NCBI GenBank assembly: GCA_963664815.2
Contig: CAXXHB010000003.1
Coordinates: 3,264,001-3,328,000 of the forward strand
DNA length: 64,000 nucleotides
Reading direction: 5' to 3'
Source of the DNA: Spirochaetota bacterium
GTDB taxonomy: Bacteria > Spirochaetota > UBA4802 > UBA5550
The stretch's first letter is position 1; the number at the start of each line of letters is the position of its first letter. The notes under the pieces were generated by a model. That model searched no databases and had not been told where the DNA came from. It saw only the letters and a list, made by a program, of their open reading frames with translations. The position numbers were made by a program, and so were the translations under genes. This document shows, one piece after another, positions 1-11,000 of this stretch.

Positions 1-272
1 TCAGATTTAGTGTCTGCAATAAGTTTTGCAGCTTCATTCCTGGCGTTATCCATCATTAACTTGTGCTGAGCTAAAAGCTTTTCAGCTTCCTGCCTTGATC
101 TATCAGCATGTTCAATATCACCGCGTACTTTTTCCGCTCTAGCGTCAAGCGCCTCTGTAAGAGGCTTCCAGGCAGCTTTCCAGAGGATCAGTAGTAATAC
201 AACAAATGTTATCACTGTCCATAAAAGCAGACCCGGCTCAACCCTCAGTAAACCTTCCTGTATAACTTCCAT
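1..272 (-). CDS. atpF: F0F1 ATP synthase subunit b (partial, runs off window start)
   Basis: Translated by hand from ATG at 272: MEVIQEGLLRVEPGLLLWTVITFVVLLLILWKAAWKPLTEALDARAEKVRGDIEHA...; TM helix, W-K-P motif, coiled coil; follows atpE. Confidence 0.93.
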   Translation of the reverse strand, partial: MEVIQEGLLRVEPGLLLWTVITFVVLLLILWKAAWKPLTEALDARAEKVRGDIEHADRSRQEAEKLLAQHKLMMDNARNEAAKLIADTKS

Positions 273-300
273 AGCTCAATACCAACGGCTCCCGGTTATA

Positions 301-603
301 CTACTTTGCAGCTTCTGGAGCTTTTACAGCTTCAACTGCTTTTTCAGCTGCTTTAACTGGAGCTTCTTTTGGAGCCTGAGTTGCCAACATGAAAGTAACA
401 ACAAGCGCGAAAAATGTAAAACCTTCTATAAGAGCAGCTGCAATAATCATAGCTGTTCTGAGGTCACCGCTCACTTCAGGCTGACGAGCCATACCTTCGA
501 GTGCGCTTCCTGCAAGTCTACCAATACCAAGTGCTGCACCAACAACAACAAGACCTGCTCCTAAACCAGCTGCTAAGTACGACATTCCCAAATATTCCAT
601 CAA
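301..603 (-). CDS. atpE: F0F1 ATP synthase subunit c with Ala/Lys/Glu/Pro-rich C-terminal tail
   Basis: GxGxGxG-like helix, ARQPE loop, conserved Glu in LIEG. Confidence 0.97.
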   Translation of the reverse strand: MMEYLGMSYLAAGLGAGLVVVGAALGIGRLAGSALEGMARQPEVSGDLRTAMIIAAALIEGFTFFALVVTFMLATQAPKEAPVKAAEKAVEAVKAPEAAK

Positions 604-698
604 ATTCCTCCTGAAAATTTAGTGTTTTTGTAATTTAATTAACTAAATTAAATTTAATTAACAAATCCTATATCTCCCCTGTAATAATAATTACAGGT

Positions 699-1670
699 TT
701 AATGAGCATGTACAGATGAACCAATAAACATCGCTGAAAGTGATGTAAAAATATAAGCCTGAATAAATGCAACAAGTAACTCAAGCAGATATATTATCAG
801 CGAAAGAGATACTGATCCCACACCAACAAGATAACTCTGGAACATCATAACAAGATAAATAAATATTATTATTACGATATGTCCTGCAGTCATGTTGGCA
901 AAAAGTCGGACGGTGAGAGCAAAAGGTTTAATAAACAAACCCATTATCTCAATCGGCCATAAAAGAAAATACATTAAAAATGGAATTCCATGAGGAACAA
1001 CACCTGTAAATATCCACAATGGACCCTGCGCAATAGTTCCCACAATAACCATTCCAAAAAGAGTAAAGATAGCCATTCCGGCAGTAACTGCAAGATTGCC
1101 TGTTGAAGTAGCCAGTGAGGGAATCAAACCGAGATAATTTGCAAACAATATAAAGAAAAATACTGTAAGAAAATAGGGCATTGCTTTTTTCGCAGTGCCA
1201 TGCTCAAAATTAGGTTCAACTATATCATCATGAACGAAACCAATAAGAGCTTCCCACATGTTCACCCATCTCGAGGTAGAACCCATGGGAGATTTTTTGA
1301 CTTTTCTTGCCAATGGTATAAAAACCAGAGCACAAAGAAAAAGTGCCAGCCACAGCATTAAAACCCATTTGGTAATTCTTAAATCACAAATTCCAAATAA
1401 TTTCACCGGATCAGCTTCAATAATCTCAATTGCATGCCCATGCATACATTCTGTAACTGAAGATGAATGTGGAGTCTGAAAGCCGAGAAATGTATTTAAT
1501 TTAAAGATAAGATTTCCGAAAAACTCAGAAATACCATGAGGATGCACATGATAAAGGAAGGGATGATCTGTTACGTGATTGATAACGATGTCATACATCG
1601 AATCTTCCCCACACGCGCTGCTGCCTGCTGATGTAACAAATGAATTGACGAATTGAACAAAACGGACCAT
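699..1670 (-). CDS. atpB: F0F1 ATP synthase subunit a (true start may be ATG at 1598)
   Basis: KPFALTVRLFANMTAGH and ELLVAFIQAYIF motifs. Confidence 0.96.
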   Translation of the reverse strand: MVRFVQFVNSFVTSAGSSACGEDSMYDIVINHVTDHPFLYHVHPHGISEFFGNLIFKLNTFLGFQTPHSSSVTECMHGHAIEIIEADPVKLFGICDLRITKWVLMLWLALFLCALVFIPLARKVKKSPMGSTSRWVNMWEALIGFVHDDIVEPNFEHGTAKKAMPYFLTVFFFILFANYLGLIPSLATSTGNLAVTAGMAIFTLFGMVIVGTIAQGPLWIFTGVVPHGIPFLMYFLLWPIEIMGLFIKPFALTVRLFANMTAGHIVIIIFIYLVMMFQSYLVGVGSVSLSLIIYLLELLVAFIQAYIFTSLSAMFIGSSVHAH

Positions 1671-1974
1671 ACGGATTCAACCTCATTTTGTATATATATT
1701 TAGTTACGCTACAAGACACCATTGCGATGCAATAATATCCACTACTATCTTGTACAATATATATAATCCATTGCGGATTAACCGGCAAAAACTTCTTTTT
1801 TTTATTTTTAAAGTAATTGATAAATGATTAACAATTACAGTTTAACTTGGTATGTGATTAAACAAACACAAATATTTTGTAAATCTTTTTTTTTGTTTAT
1901 CAAATATTTTTTTAGATTAAATCCCCGTAAACTATCAAATCTGACTCTTATGGAGCCAAAGCCCTTTTACTGCG

Positions 1975-2241
1975 CTAATTCCATTTAACTCTCTTATTCT
2001 CATCTTTTTTTTTATTATTCAATGAAACATTATCGTTACCAATTTGAAGATTTTTCAATAAATGATAAAAACCAAGAACCATGCCAACAATTGTCCCGAT
2101 TACAAGGAAAAGAGGTGTTTTATTCAAATATAAATCAAGCTTATGACCACCATACACAAAAATCAGCATCGTAATAGCAAGCTGAAGACCTACTGTAATA
2201 TGCGCAAAAATCACCTGACCTGAATTCCTGTTATCTGACAC
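1975..2241 (-). CDS. AtpZ/AtpI-family (ATP synthase gene 1) small membrane protein
   Basis: Two TM helices with GLQLA...GGHKLD..L...P.FL pattern; first gene of atp cluster; GTG at 2241 preceded by AAGGAG. Confidence 0.8.
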   Translation of the reverse strand: MSDNRNSGQVIFAHITVGLQLAITMLIFVYGGHKLDLYLNKTPLFLVIGTIVGMVLGFYHLLKNLQIGNDNVSLNNKKKDENKRVKWN

Positions 2242-2414
2242 TGTACTCTCCTTAAAAAATTTCATATAAATATATTGAAACATTACTAAAAAATACAAGA
2301 CTTATTATAAATCTTAATTTTTTATTTAGCAAATATTTTTTTCCCAACTAATGGTTAAACAAAATGATGACGATAATCTCCTAGTAACCTATTGAGTACA
2401 ACTAGAGGGTAATA

Positions 2415-2666
2415 ATGAACATTTCAATTAAATTAATAGATAATGGATCTGAATACATTGCCAATTGTCCTGAGCTTGATATAAACTGCTATGGATCTAA
2501 TAAAGATGAAGCATTACGCCGCATTAAAGCCGTAATCAACTTCTATGTCAACTCCGCAAAAGAACTCGGGATTAGTATTACTACGCCAAATGATATATCT
2601 TTTGACGGATCTGATATAAACTTTTTTGCAAATCAGACATTTCAGAATAATAATCTAATTAATTGA
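2415..2666 (+). CDS. HicB-like antitoxin-fold protein, no HicA partner adjacent
   Basis: YIANCPEL...YGSNKDEAL motif of the HicB N-terminal fold; GAGGG RBS. Confidence 0.7.
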   Translation: MNISIKLIDNGSEYIANCPELDINCYGSNKDEALRRIKAVINFYVNSAKELGISITTPNDISFDGSDINFFANQTFQNNNLIN

Positions 2667-4001
2667 AAAATCTTTACTTAAGATTTTAAAATTTCCTTCA
2701 TTTATTATTCCATCGTCCCATACTTTTTTAATGGATTTGAGTTTTTCTCTATTGAGATAATTGATTATATCTTTTCTGGAATCCTGAAATGATAATAAAA
2801 ATTTTGTTTCTTTGCCTTTTATATTTTTTATCCGGTAATACTTCGTATCTCTGTTTTTAAAATATTCACTCCGCACTTCTTCATTTGTAACTTTTATACT
2901 TTTCTGAAGTATCTGATATTTAAATGAACCTGCAATAGTTGCACGTTTAAGATAAAACCAGTTACGTTTAAAAACAGGATCTTTATCAATGGATATTCTT
3001 TCAGCCATCTGAGCGAAAAGTCTTTCTTTTAATATTTTCTCAGAAGTAATCTTTTTTTCTTTTATTGGAAATTCATCAACAGAGAGTACACCATGCTTTA
3101 ATGAATAAAACAGCTTCAGAATATCATCAAGCTCACCGGAAGTAAAGCTATCTCCATCGATTGAAAAGATTAATTCACCTCTTTTTTTAAATCCGGCAGT
3201 ATCAATATTTGAAATTATACTGGTTTCTTTTAAAATTTTATTATACTGTTCATCAAGATTTTTATTTTTATAAAAATCTATTATTCTGTCTGAATTCATT
3301 TTTTCTTTTACTACATCAATGATATTTTTCTCATTAAGTGCATATCTTTTATGTAATTTTATCAGGCATAATGACCTGCCCGACCTGACTGGTTCTCTTG
3401 TGTATTCATTCTCATTAAGCTGACTCACAGCTCGTCTGATATCTTCTTCAAGTACAAGTTCAGGAATTATTCCAAGATGCCCTTTCTTCTTTGCTGCAGC
3501 ATCTTCAGAAAATTTAGCCGCAAGTTCATTAAAATCTTTCCCTGATTTTAATTCATTCAGTATACTTTCTAAAATATATTGTTTATTTTCTAATTCCCGT
3601 GATTCATCCACGCTCTCTTTTTTAAGAAAAAGCCTGATTATACTGATATCTACTGCATTTTCAGCAAAGTTTACTTCTTCCCTTTGTTTATTTGAATAAA
3701 AAGTTGATAATAAGTTTTTATATAACGTTTTTTCTACAGTCTTATATATTTCTTCATTTTTAAATCCGGAGTTTTCAGCCTTGTATGCTGTTACTTTTTC
3801 AACCGCAACTTGTCGAAGATAATCATTCATGGCGAATTTATCTTTATAAACGGATTTAACAGAGATATTCCGGCTCTCAAGCCAGTCATTAAATTCCTGC
3901 CTTGTAATATTTTCTCCATTTATTACAGCAAAAATTTCACTTCCCTTATTGCATGATAGAGCCAGCAGGAATATGACAGGTATTATATTTATTATTTTCA
4001 A
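2655..4001 (-). CDS. Parvulin-type peptidyl-prolyl isomerase lipoprotein (PrsA/SurA-like foldase)
   Basis: Lipobox LLALSC; INGENIT; rotamase motif DFNELAAKFSED...KGHLG. Confidence 0.85.
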   Translation of the reverse strand: MKIINIIPVIFLLALSCNKGSEIFAVINGENITRQEFNDWLESRNISVKSVYKDKFAMNDYLRQVAVEKVTAYKAENSGFKNEEIYKTVEKTLYKNLLSTFYSNKQREEVNFAENAVDISIIRLFLKKESVDESRELENKQYILESILNELKSGKDFNELAAKFSEDAAAKKKGHLGIIPELVLEEDIRRAVSQLNENEYTREPVRSGRSLCLIKLHKRYALNEKNIIDVVKEKMNSDRIIDFYKNKNLDEQYNKILKETSIISNIDTAGFKKRGELIFSIDGDSFTSGELDDILKLFYSLKHGVLSVDEFPIKEKKITSEKILKERLFAQMAERISIDKDPVFKRNWFYLKRATIAGSFKYQILQKSIKVTNEEVRSEYFKNRDTKYYRIKNIKGKETKFLLSFQDSRKDIINYLNREKLKSIKKVWDDGIINEGNFKILSKDFSIN

Positions 4002-4792
4002 CGTAAATTATCCCTTAATTCCATGCATATCTGAGCATAAGCCGAATGATTATGTATCGACTCCATATTCTCGGATTCAACAGAAAACCATAAAATCCCC
4101 CTGGTTTGCATTAGCTTTTCTGCAGCATTCCTCACCATGTCCTCCACGAATGCAGGATTTTCATATGATTTTTCAGTAATATATTTTTCATCTTCTCTTT
4201 TTAATATTGAATAAATCTCGGAGCTTGCCGAACTTTCGGCAATTTCAATTATATCCTCAATCCATATTTTCTCTTTTGCCTCAATCTGCACTGTAAATAT
4301 TGATCTTTGATTATGTGCACCAAAAGAGCTTATCTCCTTAGAACATGGACATAGCGATAACACCGGGACCTTAACTTCCAGCATGTAGTAATCAACATCA
4401 GAATTTGCCAGGAGTCTGCACGTATAATCCATTTTAGCTTTTTCTCCGGAAACAGGGGCTGTCTTTGTTATAAAATAGGGAAATTCGATTTCAAAATGAG
4501 CAGTTTCAGAGTCAAGTTCGGTTTTCATCTCCTCAAGGATATCTCTTACGTTCTTAGTTGAAATACCATTTCTGTAACGGTTTAAAATTTCCACGAATCT
4601 GCTCATATGAGTACCTCTGAATTGATGTGGCAGATTGACATACATATTGACCTTGGCAACCGTGTGCTGGCTCCCCTCATCCCGGTCAAGAACGACAACC
4701 GGGTATTTTATATCCTTCACACCGACTTTATCAATCGGCAATTTCCTGTGATCTGGTTCAGATTGTATATCTCTTAAATCTCTTTTCTCCAT
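3998..4792 (-). CDS. folE2: GTP cyclohydrolase IB (FolE2)
   Basis: IDKVGV, RGTHMSRF, SLCPCSK, AHNQR, KREDE, ESIHNHSA motifs. Confidence 0.95.
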   Translation of the reverse strand: MEKRDLRDIQSEPDHRKLPIDKVGVKDIKYPVVVLDRDEGSQHTVAKVNMYVNLPHQFRGTHMSRFVEILNRYRNGISTKNVRDILEEMKTELDSETAHFEIEFPYFITKTAPVSGEKAKMDYTCRLLANSDVDYYMLEVKVPVLSLCPCSKEISSFGAHNQRSIFTVQIEAKEKIWIEDIIEIAESSASSEIYSILKREDEKYITEKSYENPAFVEDMVRNAAEKLMQTRGILWFSVESENMESIHNHSAYAQICMELRDNLR

Positions 4793-4890
4793 GATACATT
4801 CCTGTTTTGACAAATACAAATATTTTAAAAACAACTTCTTACAGACATATCCACTGATTAAGTTTTAATTAAAAAACATAAACCGGAGAA

Positions 4891-5649
4891 TTATTCAGCT
4901 GTAAGAATTACAGGGCCATCCTTTGTGACAGCTATTGTATGTTCAAACTGCGCCGAAAGCTTACCATCGCTTGTAACTGATGTCCACCCATCCTCCTGAA
5001 CAACCAGCTCATCAGATCCCTCTGTAACAATCGGTTCCACTGTAAGAACCATCCCTGGTCTTATCATTGTCCCCTTCCCCTTCTCTCCATAATTTGGCAC
5101 AACAGGCGCTTCATGAAGAGCAAACCCAACCCCGTGTCCTGTAAAGTTTTTCACTACCGAATATCCGAGGCTGCGCACGCAGCTTTCCACAGCAAAGCCT
5201 ATATCTCCGGTATATTTTTCAGATGTTACCTCTGCAATACCTGTCTGCAAAGCTGAAAAAGCAACCGAGACAATACGATCAGCCTCATCTGTTACTTTTC
5301 CCACTTTAAAAGTTGAACAGGAATCGGCAAAATAACCATTCATCACTGTTCCTGTATCAATTTTCACTATATCACCCTGTAAGATTTTTTTCTTTTTTCC
5401 AGGTACCCCGTGTGATGCAACCTGATTTATTGATATACATGAAGCGAATGAATATCCCCTGACAGTCTTAAAAGCAGGTCGCGCCTTATTTCTGATAATA
5501 TAATCATCAATAAAAGTATCAAGTTCCCAGGTTGAGACACCATCAAGATCCATCATATTAATTTTCTGAAATAACTGATAAATAATAAGTCCGCTTTCTT
5601 TTATTCGTTTAATATCACTGTCAGTTTTTAGCCGTACAACCCGGTTCAT
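4891..5649 (-). CDS. map: Type I methionine aminopeptidase
   Basis: CISIN..HG.P, GDIVKID, GHGVG..LHE, EP, SAQFEHT metal-ligand motifs. Confidence 0.95.
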   Translation of the reverse strand: MNRVVRLKTDSDIKRIKESGLIIYQLFQKINMMDLDGVSTWELDTFIDDYIIRNKARPAFKTVRGYSFASCISINQVASHGVPGKKKKILQGDIVKIDTGTVMNGYFADSCSTFKVGKVTDEADRIVSVAFSALQTGIAEVTSEKYTGDIGFAVESCVRSLGYSVVKNFTGHGVGFALHEAPVVPNYGEKGKGTMIRPGMVLTVEPIVTEGSDELVVQEDGWTSVTSDGKLSAQFEHTIAVTKDGPVILTAE

Positions 5650-5666
5650 TATATAATCAGCCTCTT

Positions 5667-6785
5667 CTATTCTGTAAATATTTCCGGATCTGCTTTTACT
5701 GATGCCGTCGATTTGTTTATTTCCGTTTTTTGAACACTCTGTTTAGGTGATTCTACAGGTTTTTCAACTACCGGCGTCTCTATAAGTCCGGCTTCTTTTT
5801 TAATTTTCGCCTCAATCTCTTTACTAATTGCCGGATTATCTTTAAGATACTTCCTTACATTTTCCCGCCCCTGACCTATGCGCTCTTCTCCATATGAATA
5901 CCATGTACCCGCTTTGTTTATTATATCATACTTAACAGCAAGATCAAGCACTCCACCTTCACGCGAAATTCCCGCATCATACATAATATCAAATTCAGCC
6001 TGTTTAAACGGAGGTGCAACTTTATTTTTTACGACTTTTACTCTTACCCTGCTTCCTATTGAATCATCTCCATTTTTCAGTGTTTCAATTCGTCTTATAT
6101 CAAGCCTTACCGATGAATAGAATTTCAAAGCATTCCCGCCAGTTGTAGTCTCTGGTGATCCGAACATCACACCTATTTTCATCCTGATCTGGTTAATAAA
6201 TATTACACATGTATTTGACTTAGATATAACACCGGTAAGTTTTCTCAGCGCCTGGCTCATTAGCCTTGCCTGAAGCCCCATGTGTGCATCTCCCATATCT
6301 CCGTCAATTTCGGCTTTCGGTACCAGTGCCGCAACAGAGTCTATTACTATTACATCAAGAGCCCCTGATCTGACAAGAGCCTCAACTATTTCCAGCGCTT
6401 CCTCACCGGTGTCGGGTTGAGAAACGAGCATATCTTCAGTTTTAACTCCAAGTCTGGCAGCATATGCCGGATCAAGAGCATGTTCAGCGTCTATAAATGC
6501 AACCGCTCCGCCAAGCTTCTGCGCCTCAGCTATAACATGAAGCGTCATAGTCGTTTTCCCTGATGATTCAGGTCCATAAATCTCAACTACTCTGCCTCTT
6601 GGAACTCCTCCGACTCCAAGAGCTATATCAAGTTCCAGTGAACCTGTAGAAATGGCTGGAATCTGAGCTTTGGCAGGATTATCCCCCAGTCTCATAATTG
6701 ATCCTTTGCCGAATTGTTTCTCAATCTGGAGCATTGCAGCATCGAGTGCCTGATTTTTAACGTTAAGTTCCTTCTGAATACTCAT
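5667..6785 (-). CDS. recA: Recombinase A
   Basis: [38 protein letters not shown]; ATG 6785 with AAGGGG RBS. Confidence 0.99.
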   Translation of the reverse strand: MSIQKELNVKNQALDAAMLQIEKQFGKGSIMRLGDNPAKAQIPAISTGSLELDIALGVGGVPRGRVVEIYGPESSGKTTMTLHVIAEAQKLGGAVAFIDAEHALDPAYAARLGVKTEDMLVSQPDTGEEALEIVEALVRSGALDVIVIDSVAALVPKAEIDGDMGDAHMGLQARLMSQALRKLTGVISKSNTCVIFINQIRMKIGVMFGSPETTTGGNALKFYSSVRLDIRRIETLKNGDDSIGSRVRVKVVKNKVAPPFKQAEFDIMYDAGISREGGVLDLAVKYDIINKAGTWYSYGEERIGQGRENVRKYLKDNPAISKEIEAKIKKEAGLIETPVVEKPVESPKQSVQKTEINKSTASVKADPEIFTE

Positions 6786-7324
6786 ATTATCCCCTTGATT
6801 ATAAAGATATTTAATATCTATACATACGAACAAATGTGGTTACTGTATTGATTTTTTCATGGCGATACATTCCCTTTATATTTACTCAATATATTTTGCA
6901 ATAAAATATTCGCCTTTTAAAACATTTGTTGTATGCTATATCGATGTATAGTATTCAATCGGATAATTTGTCAAGAATATTACTATATTTTTGTTTACGT
7001 ATTTCAAATTAAATAATTGCAGAAATTGAAGCAGTTTATAACAGTTTCATTCATATTATAAATTCAAGCCATGGGGCAGCAATATAACTTATAGTTATCA
7101 TTGCACTTTTCTTGTTAAACGGATTTTTTGCATTCATTGAAACTTCACTGATTTCATTTCTGAAGCATCAGATGTACTGATAATACTTGAAAGGTTTTAA
7201 AAAGAAAAACAACAGCCTTCTTACAGATGGTGAAACACAAATAGATGTTAAAATCAGAAAAAAAGTAACAATCATATAACACTCATGATTTTAACTTAAA
7301 TCTTCTCTCTGTAAAATAATATTA

Positions 7325-7942
7325 TTAATACTCGTCAAGATCAACAGCATTACCGGCAAGCGTAGAACGAATTCCGAGAGATAACTGAAAACCCGAAGCA
7401 TTTGAAGATATATTATCTGAATGAAAACTTGTCAGTTGGTAACCTCCATTGATAAAAAAAGCAAAACCCTGGCTGATCCTGTAATTCAACCCTGCAAGTA
7501 ATTCAAAATGAGGCCCAAGATCTGAGTCTGTTCTGGTTTTTGATGGATCGATAAAAACACCATATTTTTCAGGTCCCTGTTTTGTTAAATAGGCTATACC
7601 TCCGCCAGCAGATATCTCCCAAAAAAGCGGCATATTCATCACAGAACGCATATGTCTGAAACCGATAACCGAAGGGATAAACAGCCTTGTCTCTTCAGTC
7701 GGCATATCTTCGTTTTCCACAGCTCCTGCAGCATATGTTGAAAAATAGAGACCGGTATTACTATCCCAGTATTTATTTAAAAACCTTTTACCGGCAATGG
7801 TTAGCCCCAATCCCTTAACTCCCCCCTCATCACCAACATTTGTATAAACTCCATATAAATCAAACAGTACAGTCGATTCCGCATTAATTACAAAACTACA
7901 GAGAATACATAAAACTAAAGAAAAAATATATTTAATCTTCAT
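7325..7942 (-). CDS. Exported protein, probable outer-membrane beta-barrel
   Basis: Signal peptide; amphipathic strands (ELLAGLNYRI, FFINGGYQ, FQLSLGIR). Confidence 0.6.
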   Translation of the reverse strand: MKIKYIFSLVLCILCSFVINAESTVLFDLYGVYTNVGDEGGVKGLGLTIAGKRFLNKYWDSNTGLYFSTYAAGAVENEDMPTEETRLFIPSVIGFRHMRSVMNMPLFWEISAGGGIAYLTKQGPEKYGVFIDPSKTRTDSDLGPHFELLAGLNYRISQGFAFFINGGYQLTSFHSDNISSNASGFQLSLGIRSTLAGNAVDLDEY

Positions 7943-8693
7943 AAAAAATCCCTCTGTAAAAAACTTGTTTTTATAAATCGAAATAATAATTTAATCTTTT
8001 TTATTGTAAATAACAAAGTTATATTATACATATCACAATCACTGATACAATAGCTAATGCATTAAAAAAATAATGTCAAGAGATAATTAACCCTGTAATA
8101 ATCATTCATACTGAATTGAATCTATAAAACAGGATTTCTTCGAATATCTGGAAAACCCGTTAATACAGACAAAACATATTCATTAATATTATATAGAATC
8201 TTTAAAATGTTTAAGACTATTTTATATCTTTTTCAGTATCTCATCAAAATAAAATTTTCTAACCCGGATTATTCCATCATATAAAACAGAGAATACTTTC
8301 TCTGCATTTTCACAGTTTTCGTTTAATATGTCGTTCTTTATTTCACAACTGGTTCTTCCTTTAGAAATACCGGTACATCCAGATATGACCAAAATTAAAT
8401 TTGACCATCTAAAATAATAAATATAATTCAAATACCATCAGACTGAATAAACCGATCTGACTCAAGTTTATTTATACTTTTCTAATTCCGGAAACTACAG
8501 TTTTTAATAAGATAAAAGAAGTAGTATTTTCTTGACAAAATGCCTTAAATTATAATATTAAAAAATACTTAATATTATAATTGAGCAGAAATTCTTTATC
8601 GTACTTCAAACCTAATCAGGTATGTTAAGCCTGATTTATTAATTCTTATAATATCATCTGATAGATTTACTATTATTCCAATGGAGACTGATT

Positions 8694-9152
8694 ATGAATA
8701 ACCGCATTAGTTTACTTTTTATTATAACTGCTTCAATTATTGCCATTTCAGGTTGTGCCTCTACTCCGGAAGAAATTGCTCGGAAAGCCGAAACAGTAAA
8801 GATAATGAATACTATGACAGGAAAATGGAAACAGCAGATGGTTAATGATGAACCATCCACACAGACCGACAGTTTTCACTATGAATTTAAACTGAAGAAA
8901 AAAACAATTATTGTATATTTGGTCAGAGACAGGGATGAGGGACTTGATCTAAAAGGTGATTCCTCTGAATATATGCAATTTACTATGAATGGCAGAAGAC
9001 TCGTGGGTGAAAAAGAAATTAATGGAGAGGATGTTACGGTACTGGGGGCTATAAATGAAAACCTTACAGAAATGTTCTGGACATGGGAGGAACCAGGTAT
9101 AACTGACCTTATCGGGAACATTATCCGTTTCAAGGAGACTCTGAACCGTTAA
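8694..9152 (+). CDS. Hypothetical lipoprotein, lipocalin-like beta fold possible
   Basis: Lipobox AISGC; MTGKW motif; GGAG RBS. Confidence 0.65.
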   Translation: MNNRISLLFIITASIIAISGCASTPEEIARKAETVKIMNTMTGKWKQQMVNDEPSTQTDSFHYEFKLKKKTIIVYLVRDRDEGLDLKGDSSEYMQFTMNGRRLVGEKEINGEDVTVLGAINENLTEMFWTWEEPGITDLIGNIIRFKETLNR

Positions 9153-9370
9153 TTGTTATCAAACATTAATTATATTTTTATTAACATAATTTTAGAAAAG
9201 CTGGATTTCGTTTAACATTATTTAAATCAAGAAATTATTTAAACGTCTCTGATAAACTATATTTAAACTATACACAATAAAAAATATAAGTATATTTCAA
9301 CATGAAATTATTCCCTGCGCTGCCACACAATTTTGTTTCATAAACTGAAATCCCTTATTATCATTCAGCT

Positions 9371-10609
9371 TTATACAAGAGGTATCTGCACCTCACAGCA
9401 AACTTTGGTCTGCGGCCCCGAGATTATGTCGGAATGGTCTGTTACATTAAAAAGGCGTATACTACCCTTAAATTTTGCAGCAATCTTTTCACACATTGTC
9501 AGCCCTATTCCAAAATCGAGAGTATCGAACTCCTCGTATAATGTTTTTGTCATTCTGAAAAATGGTTCAAATATAATGTTTTCATAATCTGCAGTTATCC
9601 CGGTTACACCCTTGTCGTTTTTATCCGGCAGGTTCATCACATGCAGAAAAAAACGGTCACCTGTCATGTCTATAATCACTGTCACGGGAGATGACTTGCG
9701 GCTGAATTTCAGCGCATTTAATATTAATTCAGAAAACATTTTTTTAAAATAATCAGCATTTATCATGATATTTCTGTCTGAAAATACTTTTTTCTTATCA
9801 CACAGATGAACGGCATTGTCTTTCAGATGTATCATACTGCTGAAGGATTCAATGATTCCTTCAATTATATCATATATCTCACCTACTGTATACTCTGCGA
9901 TATCAAATCCGTTTCTTTCAATATTTTCAATTTCAGAAAAAACATATAAACCTTTTTTAGCATAAGAAATATTATCTTTTAACACATCTATGATGCCACT
10001 CTCTATCCTTAGCATGCCATCACTGTCCCCTTTGCCGTTGGCGCAGATAATATCAATAAGTGTAAGCAGACTGCCGAAACCGCTTCCCTGTGTAAAACTT
10101 CTTCTGAGCCCTTCAAAAAGTGAAGTATCATTCAGTTCAAGTTTCCTTGAAAGTATTTTTTCCTGCCATGTATACCATTCGAGCTGACTTTCAAGACGAT
10201 CACGTTTTTCCTTCTGAATAATTTTTTCTGTTTTTGCCATATCCAGGGTACCGCAAGTGTTCAGCAGTTTCATAAATACGTCGTTGCAATTCGCCGGTTT
10301 GACTATGTAATCATCCGCCCCCATTTTCATTGTCTTGACAATTACAGAGAGTTCCGAATGCGCTGACAGGATAAAAATTGTTATATTCTCACTTATAGCC
10401 CTTATATTTTCAATTAATTCCAGCCCATCTACTTCAGGCATTTCCAGATCAGTAATCACAACAGGGTAAGATTCTTTTTTCAGCTCGTCAAGGGCCTCCC
10501 TTCCGTTTGAACATACAGTTGAATGAAGTCCCCGTTTTGTCAGGAATGCGCTAAGAATCCTGGCGTTATACATATCGTCATCCACTATCAGAATCCGGTT
10601 GTTATCCAT
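9371..10609 (-). CDS. Receiver domain fused to HATPase_c domain (hybrid kinase-like, no evident H-box)
   Basis: LIVDDD, ITDLEMP, IVKP receiver motifs; ELILNALKFS, IFEPFFR, GIGL ATPase boxes. Confidence 0.85.
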   Translation of the reverse strand: MDNNRILIVDDDMYNARILSAFLTKRGLHSTVCSNGREALDELKKESYPVVITDLEMPEVDGLELIENIRAISENITIFILSAHSELSVIVKTMKMGADDYIVKPANCNDVFMKLLNTCGTLDMAKTEKIIQKEKRDRLESQLEWYTWQEKILSRKLELNDTSLFEGLRRSFTQGSGFGSLLTLIDIICANGKGDSDGMLRIESGIIDVLKDNISYAKKGLYVFSEIENIERNGFDIAEYTVGEIYDIIEGIIESFSSMIHLKDNAVHLCDKKKVFSDRNIMINADYFKKMFSELILNALKFSRKSSPVTVIIDMTGDRFFLHVMNLPDKNDKGVTGITADYENIIFEPFFRMTKTLYEEFDTLDFGIGLTMCEKIAAKFKGSIRLFNVTDHSDIISGPQTKVCCEVQIPLV

Positions 10610-11000
10610 TCCTTTACCTTTTGCAGATTTTTTTAATAAATATCTGTTCTTTTAAAACAATCAATGTTACAATACGATGAAAATCGTATAAACTTTTAAT
10701 AAATAATTTACAATGTTAATTTTTTAACATATGTCTATTAAAATATTTTTAATTTTTTCTTTTTATCATTGGAATAAATACAAACTTCATTTTTCATTTC
10801 AACTAACATTTGGCGTCATTTTAAAATTAACGGAACCATAATGAAAACTCAGAATTTAATAATCACCATAATAGCCAGTGCCAGGTTTTCAGCTTGTCGC
10901 TATGCATGTTGAAGGAGTACTATTATAATTGACAAATTCATCTCCTTATTTTTATCAAATAAAAACATATTGCTTATTTTCAACAGTATGGAGTAAAAAA

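Noticed and set aside
6859-6872. 14-mer ATGGCGATACATTC, also at 20147-20160, both intergenic
   Set aside because: Chance 14-mer matches are expected in 64 kb; orientation relative to downstream genes differs and it is not palindromic
6826-6960. Possible LexA box upstream of recA (CGAACAAATGTGG and TTTG-containing sites)
   Set aside because: No good match to GAAC-N4-GTTC, CTGT-N8-ACAG or the leptospiral TTTG-N5-CAAA
8222-8431. 69-aa ORF with a lipobox-like VISGC
   Set aside because: Weak TTG start, no RBS, short; could be a remnant but cannot be supported
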